64,000 nucleotides of DNA, taken from the NCBI GenBank assembly GCA_963816185.1, contig CAWFJJ010000008.1, forward strand, positions 224,001 to 288,000, read 5' to 3'. A model generated the notes under the pieces. That model was not told the DNA's origin. It did no database searches and was given only the letters and a program-made list of their open reading frames with translations. Source of the DNA: Thermoanaerobaculia bacterium. Its GTDB lineage: Bacteria; Acidobacteriota; Thermoanaerobaculia; UBA5066. Of the stretch, positions 50,541-59,290 are shown piece after piece. Each line of letters opens with the position of its first letter. Within the stretch, counting starts at the first letter, position 1. A program made the translations under genes and the position numbers.

Positions 50541-51394
50541 ATGGCTCGCTCGGCTCGCTCGGCTCGTTCGGCCCCTTCGCCCTCTGCGCGCGGCAGGAGC
50601 TCCTTCTCGCGGTGCGTTCGCGCTGGACGCAGATTTTCGCGGCCGTCTTCGCGGCGCTCGCGCTCGGCGTGGCCTCCTCGGGGTACGTGCTCTCCGGAGG
50701 TCACGGCGTGCAGGATTTCGCGCGCACGACGGCCTCCCTCGTCGAGCTGGTCCTGCTCCTCGTGCCCCTGACGGCCCTTCTGATCGGGGTCCTGTCGCTC
50801 GCGCCCGAGCGAGGCGCGGCGGAGCTCCTCTTCTCGCAGCCCGTCTCCCGGCGCGCGATCCTCCTCGGGAAGACGGCCGGCCTTTTCGTCGCGCTTTCGG
50901 CGGCGCAGGCCCTCGGGTTCGGCTCGGCCGGCCTCGTCATCTTCTCGCAGGCGGGCGGCGAGGGCCTTCCGGGCTTCGGCCTTCTCGTTCTCGGGTCATT
51001 CGTCCTCACGGCCGTCTTCCTCGGGCTGGCGGCGCTCGTCTCCGCCGGTGCCGTGGGACGCCGGACGCGCGCCCTCGCGATCGCGCTCGTCCTGTGGTTC
51101 TTTGCAGTCGTCCTCTTCGACGTGGCCGCGCTCGGAGCGGCGTCCCTCCTTCCGTCCGGCCCGGCGTCGCGCGTCCTCATCGTCTCGGTGCTCGTGAACC
51201 CAGCGGACGCGGTCCGGACCGGCGCGCTTCTCGGCCTCGAGGGAAGCGGCGCGTTCGGCGCGGCGTCCCTCGCGCTCCTCAGGTTCACGAAGGGCCCCAC
51301 GGGCGCCGGAATCCTGCTCGTCTCGTCCCTGCTTCTCTGGCTGGTGGTGCCGGCGCTCCTCGCCGCGCGGAGGCTCGGGAAAGCCGACCTCTGA
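50537..51394 (+). CDS. nosY: ABC permease NosY
   Basis: R.TASL..LVL..VPL, ELLFSQPVSR, NP.D..R. Confidence 0.9.
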   Translation: MNGSLGSLGSFGPFALCARQELLLAVRSRWTQIFAAVFAALALGVASSGYVLSGGHGVQDFARTTASLVELVLLLVPLTALLIGVLSLAPERGAAELLFSQPVSRRAILLGKTAGLFVALSAAQALGFGSAGLVIFSQAGGEGLPGFGLLVLGSFVLTAVFLGLAALVSAGAVGRRTRALAIALVLWFFAVVLFDVAALGAASLLPSGPASRVLIVSVLVNPADAVRTGALLGLEGSGAFGAASLALLRFTKGPTGAGILLVSSLLLWLVVPALLAARRLGKADL

Positions 51395-51434
51395 GATTTC
51401 CGGAATTCTCCGTGAGAGAGCCCCGGCGAATGGC

Positions 51435-52007
51435 TCACTCCCCGCCCGAGGTCGTCTCGACGTCCTCCGCGGGGTAGCGCAATGTCCCGTCAGCCATGAC
51501 GCTCACACCGGGAGTGAGCGTCGCCGGGATGACTTGGCCAGGTCCCATGATGTGCTCGACACGCGTTCCGCCGGCCAACAGGTAATCCGTGATGATCCGG
51601 CGATGACAGCGCCACCACACTGCTTCGGCGCACATGATCGCGCCCCGATGATCGCGCGTGAGCGCGCACAAGTCGTCCAGACCGGCGCGGAATTCGTCAG
51701 TCTCCGCGTAGTCGGCGTAATTCCTGAACGCCGCGACGCGCCAGTAGATGTTGAGCGAGGGCGACGCGCCTTTGCGATGATGACGTCGGCCGCCGAGCGC
51801 GTGCAGATGCCGGTAGCCGATGCCATCGGCGGCGAGGGAGTCCGGGAGCGTCTCTTCATTGAACTGCGGCGCCGCTCGCGAGCGCGGGATCGAGCGCACG
51901 TCCACGAGCAGCGTGACGTCCACCTGCCGTAAGAGCGACACGAAGTCTGCGAGGCTCCGCGTGGAGTGGCCGATGGTGAAGACGATATCGCCCGCCAGGC
52001 GATTCAC
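51435..52007 (-). CDS. DUF488 family protein
   Basis: FTIGHSTR, LVDVR..P.S...PQF, LGG.R, MCAE..WWRCHR. Confidence 0.9.
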   Translation of the reverse strand: MNRLAGDIVFTIGHSTRSLADFVSLLRQVDVTLLVDVRSIPRSRAAPQFNEETLPDSLAADGIGYRHLHALGGRRHHRKGASPSLNIYWRVAAFRNYADYAETDEFRAGLDDLCALTRDHRGAIMCAEAVWWRCHRRIITDYLLAGGTRVEHIMGPGQVIPATLTPGVSVMADGTLRYPAEDVETTSGGE

Positions 52008-52492
52008 TTCCGGGGTGTTCGCTTCTCTTGCGGGGCCGGCTGGTAGATGCCGGGCGGGGCGCGGAAGGGGATCGCGAGCCGGTTCCAGGCGTTGATCGCC
52101 ACGACCACCCAGTTGAGGTCGACGAGCTCCTTTTCGGAGAAGTGCTGCCGCGCCTCCTCGTACACCTCGTCCGGCACGTGCGTTTCGGAGACCCGCGTGA
52201 CGGACTCGGTCCAGGCCAGGGCGGCCCGTTCACGCGGGGAGTAGAAGGAGGATTCTCGCCAGGCATCGAGCAGATAGAGGCGCTGCTCTGTCTCGCCGGC
52301 GGCCCGGGCGTCCTTCGTGTGCATGTCGATGCAATAGGCGCAGCCGTTGATCTGGGACGCACGCAGCTTGACGAGCTCGATCAGAGAGCGCGAAAGCCCG
52401 CAGCGGTGGAGGTAGCTCTCGAGAGCCAACATCGTTTCGTACGCCTCCGGAGCCGTCGCATGAGCATCGATCCTTGGCTGCGTGTGGTCCAT
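52004..52492 (-). CDS. AhpD/carboxymuconolactone decarboxylase family protein
   Basis: ELVKLRASQINGCAYCIDMH, ERAALAWTE, INAWNR. Confidence 0.92.
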   Translation of the reverse strand: MDHTQPRIDAHATAPEAYETMLALESYLHRCGLSRSLIELVKLRASQINGCAYCIDMHTKDARAAGETEQRLYLLDAWRESSFYSPRERAALAWTESVTRVSETHVPDEVYEEARQHFSEKELVDLNWVVVAINAWNRLAIPFRAPPGIYQPAPQEKRTPRK

Positions 52493-52560
52493 GTCGATCC
52501 TCCGGCTGCGCTTCCACCGATGCGCAAGGCGAGTCTCTCACTCCGGCTCAGCGTCCGCCC

Positions 52561-53214
52561 TCACTTCACGAATTTCTTCGGGAACTGCTTGACGATTCCG
52601 CTCGTCAGCACATCGGCGAACATGAGCATGTGCGCGTGGCCTTTGTCGTAGGCCCCGATGTCGGCCGGCCAGTCCTTCTTGAGCCTCGAGACGACCTCGG
52701 TCGTCGTGAAGTCGAGGTGTTTGTAGAGCATGTCCGTCAGGACGGCTTTCGGCCAGTTGGGATTAGCGCCGCTCAGGAAGGTGGCGATCTCGTCCCCATT
52801 GGCGTGCCAGCGCTTCTCCCCGTTGGCCACGCCGTCGTCGTTGCCGGCCTTGGCTGCCTTCACGATGTCCGCGGCGATGAGGATGTGATCCCGGAGCAGA
52901 GACGCCAGTTTCTTACCCGCCGCTTCTCCGTAGAACGGCTTGACGGCATCGCCGATGTCGTCCTGGTTTCGGAGAAGCCGTTCCGCCACCTTGTCGGTAT
53001 CGCCAAGATCAGCCAAGGCGCTGATGATGAAGTTCCTCGTGTAGACGATGTGCTCTTCCCAGAGCTGGCGCATCGCGTTTCGGAGATCCACGGCCGAGGC
53101 GGTGTGGCTCATCGCGTCCGCTTTCATGTGCTCGTCGGCCCGGACCGGCGCCGCGAGAACGACTCCTGCAAGCACGACGGACGCGAAGATTCCTGTTGAA
53201 CGGATACGCTTCAT
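52561..53214 (-). CDS. Exported His-rich helical protein, function unknown
   Basis: Signal peptide; MR.LWEEH, LLRNQ, DHI, W..N, KHL, HAHM; AAGGAGG SD. Confidence 0.75.
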   Translation of the reverse strand: MKRIRSTGIFASVVLAGVVLAAPVRADEHMKADAMSHTASAVDLRNAMRQLWEEHIVYTRNFIISALADLGDTDKVAERLLRNQDDIGDAVKPFYGEAAGKKLASLLRDHILIAADIVKAAKAGNDDGVANGEKRWHANGDEIATFLSGANPNWPKAVLTDMLYKHLDFTTTEVVSRLKKDWPADIGAYDKGHAHMLMFADVLTSGIVKQFPKKFVK

Positions 53215-53246
53215 GGTCGTGTCCTCCTTCTTTCGTAAGCCTCGGA

Positions 53247-54155
53247 TCAGAACGGTGTGAGCGATTCCTGCATGTGTACGAATGCGCCGTCGTTGGTCCC
53301 CGTGTCCTTCCAGACGACGTATCCGGCGAGCTGCGAGGTGCCGGCCACCGCCTCGGCGAAGACGATCAGCGAAGGCGCTCCGGCCGGAAACTGATACGCG
53401 TTAGTCCCTCCGACGTTGAAGATGTCGCTGATCTGGGTCATCTGCCCGGGCGCGAGGACGAACGTCGGCTGTGTTCCGACGGGCGCGCCGGTGCTCGGAT
53501 CGACGAACGTGAGGCGCACGGTGAGAGGGGCGTCGACCGGATCGCCGGCATCGTCAATCCCGACGTTCTCGATCCCGATGTTGGTCAGGAGGCCGTCCCC
53601 GTTGCGAAGGAGGCCGGCCAGGGCATGGGCGCCTCCCGTGTGGAGCGGCCGGGCGCGGTATGCGGTGCCGTTCGTCGGACCGGCGCTCCCGTTGGCGAAG
53701 CTCCAGACGCGCGCGACGGCGGTCGCCTCGCTCCCCGTGCGGAAGGCCGCGTTGTCGAACGTCAGGAGCATCGTGCCGAACGTGTTCTCGGCCTGACCGG
53801 GCGGGATGATCCCGGCGGACGCCAGCGACAGGAGGACGTCCTCCGTGTGGATGTTGTCGAATCCGAGCAGCGTCCCGAAGGAGCCGCTGCGGGTCGCGGA
53901 CCCGTCGGCCGGCGTGTAGAAGAAATCGACGTCCGTGGGCTGGGCGGTGTTGTTCGTGATGTCGAGCGACGTGAAGAACTTGGTCGAAAAGCCGCGCGTT
54001 CTCGCGACGACCGGCAGGTCGACCGAGAAGCCTCCGCCTGCGCTCAAGACCCGGATTGCAAAAGGCCGCGACAGCGGGACCGCCTGCGGAGCGCGGGCGA
54101 AGGACGGGCCGGCGGCGGCGAGGCCGAGACAGAGGAGAGAGAGGCGGAGCTTCAT
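53247..54155 (-). CDS. Exported beta-rich hypothetical protein
   Basis: Signal peptide; LPVVA...G...F.T.L.I.N, TNIG..N, D..TNDG pattern; GAGG SD. Confidence 0.75.
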   Translation of the reverse strand: MKLRLSLLCLGLAAAGPSFARAPQAVPLSRPFAIRVLSAGGGFSVDLPVVARTRGFSTKFFTSLDITNNTAQPTDVDFFYTPADGSATRSGSFGTLLGFDNIHTEDVLLSLASAGIIPPGQAENTFGTMLLTFDNAAFRTGSEATAVARVWSFANGSAGPTNGTAYRARPLHTGGAHALAGLLRNGDGLLTNIGIENVGIDDAGDPVDAPLTVRLTFVDPSTGAPVGTQPTFVLAPGQMTQISDIFNVGGTNAYQFPAGAPSLIVFAEAVAGTSQLAGYVVWKDTGTNDGAFVHMQESLTPF

Positions 54156-54164
54156 GGCGTCACC

Positions 54165-55548
54165 TCAGAGCGACTTCAGGTACTCGACGAGATCGTTCTT
54201 CTCGCCCGGGGTGAGAGAGAGGCTCTTGAAGGAGTCGTAGTGATTCACGACGTCGAGGAGGGTCGGGAAGCGGCCGTCGTGGTAGAAGCCCCCCTTCGTG
54301 CGCGCGAAGAGGCTGCGGAGAGGCGTCGTGCGATAGCGCTTGTCTGGGGAGCGGCTGGATTGGAAGTCGTCGATGCCGATCTCCTCCGGCGCGTGCAGGT
54401 TCCAGCCGGGCTCGGTCGTGAGCGGGCTGACGTGGCAGGACGCGCACTGCCCCTTCTCGGCGAAGAGGACTCCTCCGCGCTCGGCGGCGGCGGCGTCGAA
54501 GCTGCCGGCCGGCGGAGTCGGGGCCGGAATCGAGAGCTGGTAGTAATGCAGGGGTCCGAGCTTCGCGGTGACCTGGTCCTCGCCCTCGGCGGCCTGCGTG
54601 TGGCCGGAATGCGCGCGAGCGGCAACGGGGAACTGCGTGGCGTCGTCCAGGCGCGGGTCGTAGAAAGTACCCTTGCCGTGCATCTCGAGAACCGCGACGA
54701 AGGCGTTCCAATACGTCATCGAGCCCCAGCCCGTGTACGTGCTGAGGTTCGTGCCCGCGAGGCCGAACGCGGCCGGGATGAGCGTCGCCGCCGACTTGCC
54801 ATCCGGCCGGAACGCCTTTCCGTCGAGGAAGAGCTCCGCGTCGAACCTTCCGGGGCCCCAGCTCGCGAGGACCGTGCGGGTCGTCGCGTCGCTGACGCCG
54901 AGGAAGCTGTCGACGGCCGAGAGGTCCGGCGACAGGGCCACGATGGCCCCGACGTTGAGGTCGCGGTTCGGCCATCCGTCGAGGCGATGACCGATGCCGG
55001 GAGCGAACGAATCGTCGACGGTCGAGTGACAGAACGAGCACTGAATTCCGAGCGAGACGATCTTCTTGTCCGGGGAGAAGCGGCCGGTCACGCCGACGAC
55101 CGCGTCGAGCTGCAGTAGAGCCAGCGTCGTCGCCGGATCGTCCAGACTGATCGCGCCGGACTTGATTCCCGAAACGACCGCGGGGGGCAGAGCGTCGGCG
55201 TCCACCTTCAGGCCCACGGCAAGCGCGGTTTTCGGGCTCACACCCGGACCGACTCCTCCGTTCGCCGACCCGGCGATGGCCTCGTGAAGCTTGAGCGTGT
55301 CGCCCCAGAACGCCTCGTCGCCGAACGTGTCGTAGCGGAAGATCTGCCGCCCTTCGTCCAGCATCCTGTGGCTGCTCACGGTGATGACCCGGTCGAACTG
55401 ACCGCCCGATCCCCGCGAGCCGGCCACGACGTCGTTCGGCGAAGGCCGTCGACTGCGCATTGGCGGCCCGGCCGCCGCGGAGAGCGCCGACGAGAATCAG
55501 AACGCTGACGAGAGGAGACAGTGTGAAGAGAGAGATTTTCTTCTTCAT
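54165..55548 (-). CDS. Di-heme cytochrome c, CCP/MauG-superfamily-like (+1 frameshift near 55456)
   Basis: Signal peptide in one frame; CSFCH, CASCH, YRTTPLR, FYHDG...L..VV.HY in the next. Confidence 0.82.
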
Positions 55549-55552
55549 GGCG

Positions 55553-55978
55553 TTAGGCGGCGGACGTCGAGGGGCCGCGAGCGCGGATGGCAGAAGGAAT
55601 GGCTTCGCCCTGGCGGATCTCGCTCAGGCGGCCGAGGACGAACGCGCCGCACGCCATCCCGAGGTCGCGCACGGCCACGTCGAAATAGTGTCCGGTCGTG
55701 ACGAGGTTGAGCGCGATCACCGTGAGCCACCCGGCCACGACGTAGCCGCCGAGCCGCGTGATGCCGACGAGGATCGCGATTCCGGCAGTGATCTCGATCA
55801 CACCCGCGACGCGCATGAGCGTTCCCGCCGAAATCGGCGCCAGGCGCAGAACCAGCGGGCTCGCGTACTGCTCCCAGTTGGTCAACAGGTTCAGGAACTT
55901 GTCGAGCCCTGCGAGGAAAGCGGTCAGCCCGAAGGCGATGCGAAGAGTCCAGAAGGCAGACGTGAGTCGCGTGTCCAT
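55553..55978 (-). CDS. DoxX-family membrane protein
   Basis: LRI.FG...F.AG.DKF.N.L..W..Y, G..EI..G, D.AVRD; GGAGG SD. Confidence 0.85.
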   Translation of the reverse strand: MDTRLTSAFWTLRIAFGLTAFLAGLDKFLNLLTNWEQYASPLVLRLAPISAGTLMRVAGVIEITAGIAILVGITRLGGYVVAGWLTVIALNLVTTGHYFDVAVRDLGMACGAFVLGRLSEIRQGEAIPSAIRARGPSTSAA

Positions 55979-56061
55979 GAATGGGTGTCCTCCGATTCGG
56001 GTTAGTGCGTCGTCGTGACGCGAGTGAATGAAGGGAGATTTCGGGTGGGCCTGCATGCGAG

Positions 56062-56094
56062 TACAGAGTCCGGAACGAGACCGAGGGTTCCCGA
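56062..56094 (-). promoter_or_regulatory. ECF sigma-dependent promoter of the doxX operon
   Basis: TCGGGAACC-N14-GGACTCTGTA, identical to the motif at 56900-56932. Confidence 0.75.
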
Positions 56095-56199
56095 GCTGGA
56101 AACGGGCAGGACTTCGAAATGCGACTGGCGCCCTTGCAGTCGACTTCTGGCGTCAGGGGGACAAATCTGTTCGGATCCAGAGCAACGCCGGCTCGGCTG

Positions 56200-56892
56200 T
56201 CAGGCGCCTCTGCTTTGCTCCTCGGCTATCTTTTGCATGACGATCGTCACGATCCGGGTGCATCGGGAGTCTCCGAAGGAAAATGCCGTAAGGATCCCTT
56301 GCCCGGCACGTGCGAGCAGGTGGCTCTCGATCTGGCGGCGCGCCCGATGAAGGCGCGTCTTCACGGTCTCTTCCTTCAGTCCCAGGCACTCGGCGGTCTC
56401 GGCCTGGTTCATCTGCTCGATCTCCCGCATGACGAAGACCTCGCGGAAGGAATCGGGCAGGTGGTCGACGGCTTCCTCGATCAGTCGTTTCAGCTCGTGC
56501 CGGGCCGCATTCTGTTCGGGATCGGGAAGGTTGCTGCGGAGCTCCACGACACGGCCCTCGTCGTCGCCCACGGTGACCTCCAGCGGCTGGAGCCTTCTGC
56601 CTCGCCGAGCGCGGGCCATCGCCTCGTAGACGGCGATTTTCGTCAGCCAGGTGGCGAAGCTCGACCGGCCCTCGAACTGGTCGAGGTGGCTGTACGCCTT
56701 GAGGTAGGCCTCCTGGAGCACATCCTCGGCGTCGGAGTCGGTTCCGAGGATGGACCGGATGATCCGGTAGAGCCTCTGGTTGTACCTGCGCATCACGATT
56801 TCGAAGAGGGCGATCTCCCCCTGCTTCACGCGGCCGACGACGGTTTCATCGTCGAGGATGGCGAGCGCGACGGGCTTCGGATCGGCCTGCAT
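56200..56892 (-). CDS. ECF RNA polymerase sigma factor with C-terminal F.F...RC extension
   Basis: RRYNQRLYR, DAEDVLQEAYLKA, F.TWL.KIA, TVKTRLHRAR. Confidence 0.92.
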   Translation of the reverse strand: MQADPKPVALAILDDETVVGRVKQGEIALFEIVMRRYNQRLYRIIRSILGTDSDAEDVLQEAYLKAYSHLDQFEGRSSFATWLTKIAVYEAMARARRGRRLQPLEVTVGDDEGRVVELRSNLPDPEQNAARHELKRLIEEAVDHLPDSFREVFVMREIEQMNQAETAECLGLKEETVKTRLHRARRQIESHLLARAGQGILTAFSFGDSRCTRIVTIVMQKIAEEQSRGA

Positions 56893-56899
56893 GTGCTCT

Positions 56900-56932
56900 T
56901 ACAGAGTCCCAGGCCAGTCTAGAGGTTCCCGA
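56900..56932 (-). promoter_or_regulatory. Autoregulatory ECF promoter of the sigma gene
   Basis: TCGGGAACC-N14-GGACTCTGTA ending 7 nt before the ATG. Confidence 0.75.
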
Positions 56933-57025
56933 TCCGTTCGTTTTCGCTGTCGGTCTCGGGACGACCCGGTCGCCCCGCCGACTCCGGCCTAATTCGACAC
57001 GGCCAACGAGCCCCGGATATGATAT

Positions 57026-57037
57026 ATGGGATCCCAT
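57026..57037. promoter_or_regulatory. Putative MarR operator overlapping the start codon
   Basis: Perfect palindrome ATGGGATCCCAT next to an AT-rich -10 region. Confidence 0.5.
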
Positions 57038-57500
57038 GGAAGATCGGAAGGCCGTCCTCGACTCGATCCGCCGGATCGTCCGCGCGGTAAGGCTTTCTTC
57101 CCGGTCGTCCGAATCGGCCGTCGGGCTGAGCGCCGCGCAGCTCTTCGTCCTCCAGAAGCTCGCCGAGCACGATGGCCTGTCGATCAATGAGCTCGCAAGC
57201 GAGACCCTGACCCACCAGAGCTCCGTCTCGGTCGTCGTCTCGAAACTGGCGGCACGGAGGCTCGTCCGTCGCACGATCTCCCGCCTGGACAGGCGTCGGA
57301 CCTTGATCTCTCTCTCCGCAAAGGGACGTCGGGCGCTGGCAGGCGCTCCGGAGGCGATGCAGGTCCGGCTGATCGCGGCCCTCGACGACCTTTCCGAGGC
57401 CGACGTCACGCGGCTGGCGAGGCTCCTGGCCCGGTGGACCGATGCCGCGGGGATCGCCGGCACCGTCCCAACGCTCTTCGGAGAAGAAGAAAGACGATGA
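57036..57500 (+). CDS. MarR-family regulator
   Basis: GLS.AQLFVL..L, S..ELA, HQSSVS.VVS.L, DRRR..ISL...G. Confidence 0.9.
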   Translation: MEDRKAVLDSIRRIVRAVRLSSRSSESAVGLSAAQLFVLQKLAEHDGLSINELASETLTHQSSVSVVVSKLAARRLVRRTISRLDRRRTLISLSAKGRRALAGAPEAMQVRLIAALDDLSEADVTRLARLLARWTDAAGIAGTVPTLFGEEERR

Positions 57501-59263
57501 AAAAGGGAATCCGGGGCGATTTCTCCGCCGACCGGCGGCTGCTCCAGCTGTCCGCGATCTCGATCGGGATCGGCGCCGTCTGCTCGCTGGTCGCAGTCCT
57601 GCTGCTCTCCATGATCGCCTGCTTCACGAACCTTTTCTTCTACGGCCGGCTCTCGTTGACATCGCGCGGCCCGGCCGGGAGCCCGCTCGGCGCATGGATG
57701 ATCGCCGTGCCCGTCGCCGGCGGGCTGATCGTCGGCCTCATCGCGCGGTACGGGTCGGAGAAGATCCGGGGCCATGGCATTCCCGAGGCGCTGGAGGCGA
57801 TCCTGTTCGGCAAGAGCCTCATTTCGCCGAAAGTGGCGATCCTCAAGCCGCTTTCGTCGGCGATCTCGATCGGATCGGGGGGGCCATTCGGGGCCGAAGG
57901 ACCGATCATCATGACCGGCGGCGCATTCGGGTCGATCATCGCCCAGTGGTTTCACCTCTCGGCGGCAGAGAGGAAGACGTTGCTCGTCGCCGGAGCGGCG
58001 GCCGGGATGTCGGCGACCTTCGCGTCCCCGATCGCCGCGGTCCTCCTGGCCGTGGAGCTCCTTCTGTTCGAGTGGAAGCCCCGCAGCCTGATCCCCGTGG
58101 CGCTGGCGAGCGCGGTTGCCGCCGCGATACGTCCCCACCTGCTCGGCTCGGGACCGCTCTTCCCGGTTCCCGCCCACGGGGCCATCGGGTGGCCGGGGCT
58201 GCTGGGAGCGGCCGCCGTCGGTCTCGCCGCGGGAGCGTTCTCGTCGGGGCTCAGCACCGCGCTCTACGCTTTCGAGGACGCGTTCGAGCATCTCCCGTTC
58301 CACTGGATGTGGCGCCCGGCCCTCGGCGGCTTGATTGTCGGGATCGGCGGGTTCTTCCAGCCCCGGGCCCTCGGCGTAGGCTACGACGTCATCGGGGACC
58401 TCTTGCAGGGGCACATGGCGCTCTCGTTGATCGTCGGACTCCTCCTCGTGAAGTGCGGCATCTGGCTGGTGTCCCTCGCCTCCGGGACGTCGGGCGGCGT
58501 CGTGGCCCCGCTTCTGATCATGGGGTGCGGGCTCGGCGCGGTGGAGTCGGCGCTCCTGCCCGCCGCCGCAGGCAGCGCCTCCCTCTGGCCGCTCGTCAGC
58601 ATGGCGGCCGTGCTGGGCGGAATGATGCGCGCCCCGTTCACCGCGGTGATCTTCGCGCTGGAGCTTTCCCACGACGTTCAGGCACTGCCGCCGCTCCTGA
58701 TCGCGGCGATCGCCGCCTACGGGTTCACCGTCCTCACGATGAAGCGTTCGATCCTCACCGAGAAGGTGGCCCGCAGGGGCTACGACATTTTTCGGGAGTA
58801 CGAGGTCGACCCCCTCGAGCGATCTCGAGTCGCGGAAGCGATGACGGGAGCCGTCACGACGATCCCGGCATCCCTCGCGGCGAACCGCGTCTATGACGAG
58901 TACTTCTCCTCGAGCCTCAAGCACCGGGGCTTTCCCGTGGTCGACGCGGCGGGGCTCCTCGTCGGCGTCCTGACGATGTCGGATCTCATGGAGGATTCCC
59001 TCCTCGAGAAGGATCTCTCCCTGACAGCCCGCGACCTCGTGAAGCGCGAGCCCATCGTGGCTTATCCCCATGAGACATGCCGGCAGGCCGCCGAGCGGAT
59101 GGCGGCTTCGGGCATCGGACGCCTTCCCGTTCTCTCCGCGGACGAGCCTGGCAAGCTGATCGGCATCCTCACGCGCAGCGATCTCCTGAAGCCGAGGCTC
59201 CAGCGCTTCGAGGAGGAGAAGGTCGTCGAGCGCCGTTTCGGCGGCAGGACGAGGCCTGTCTAG
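57497..59263 (+). CDS. ClC-family anion channel/antiporter with CBS pair
   Basis: GHGIPE, GPFGAEGP, GTSGG..AP, two CBS domains. Confidence 0.92.
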   Translation: MKKGIRGDFSADRRLLQLSAISIGIGAVCSLVAVLLLSMIACFTNLFFYGRLSLTSRGPAGSPLGAWMIAVPVAGGLIVGLIARYGSEKIRGHGIPEALEAILFGKSLISPKVAILKPLSSAISIGSGGPFGAEGPIIMTGGAFGSIIAQWFHLSAAERKTLLVAGAAAGMSATFASPIAAVLLAVELLLFEWKPRSLIPVALASAVAAAIRPHLLGSGPLFPVPAHGAIGWPGLLGAAAVGLAAGAFSSGLSTALYAFEDAFEHLPFHWMWRPALGGLIVGIGGFFQPRALGVGYDVIGDLLQGHMALSLIVGLLLVKCGIWLVSLASGTSGGVVAPLLIMGCGLGAVESALLPAAAGSASLWPLVSMAAVLGGMMRAPFTAVIFALELSHDVQALPPLLIAAIAAYGFTVLTMKRSILTEKVARRGYDIFREYEVDPLERSRVAEAMTGAVTTIPASLAANRVYDEYFSSSLKHRGFPVVDAAGLLVGVLTMSDLMEDSLLEKDLSLTARDLVKREPIVAYPHETCRQAAERMAASGIGRLPVLSADEPGKLIGILTRSDLLKPRLQRFEEEKVVERRFGGRTRPV

Positions 59264-59290
59264 AACGGCGTCGAGAAGGAGCGAAGAGGA

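Noticed and set aside
50543-50569. GGCTCG(C/T)TC x3 tandem repeat
   Set aside because: Short in-frame GSL/GSF repeat at the NosY N-terminus with no evident function
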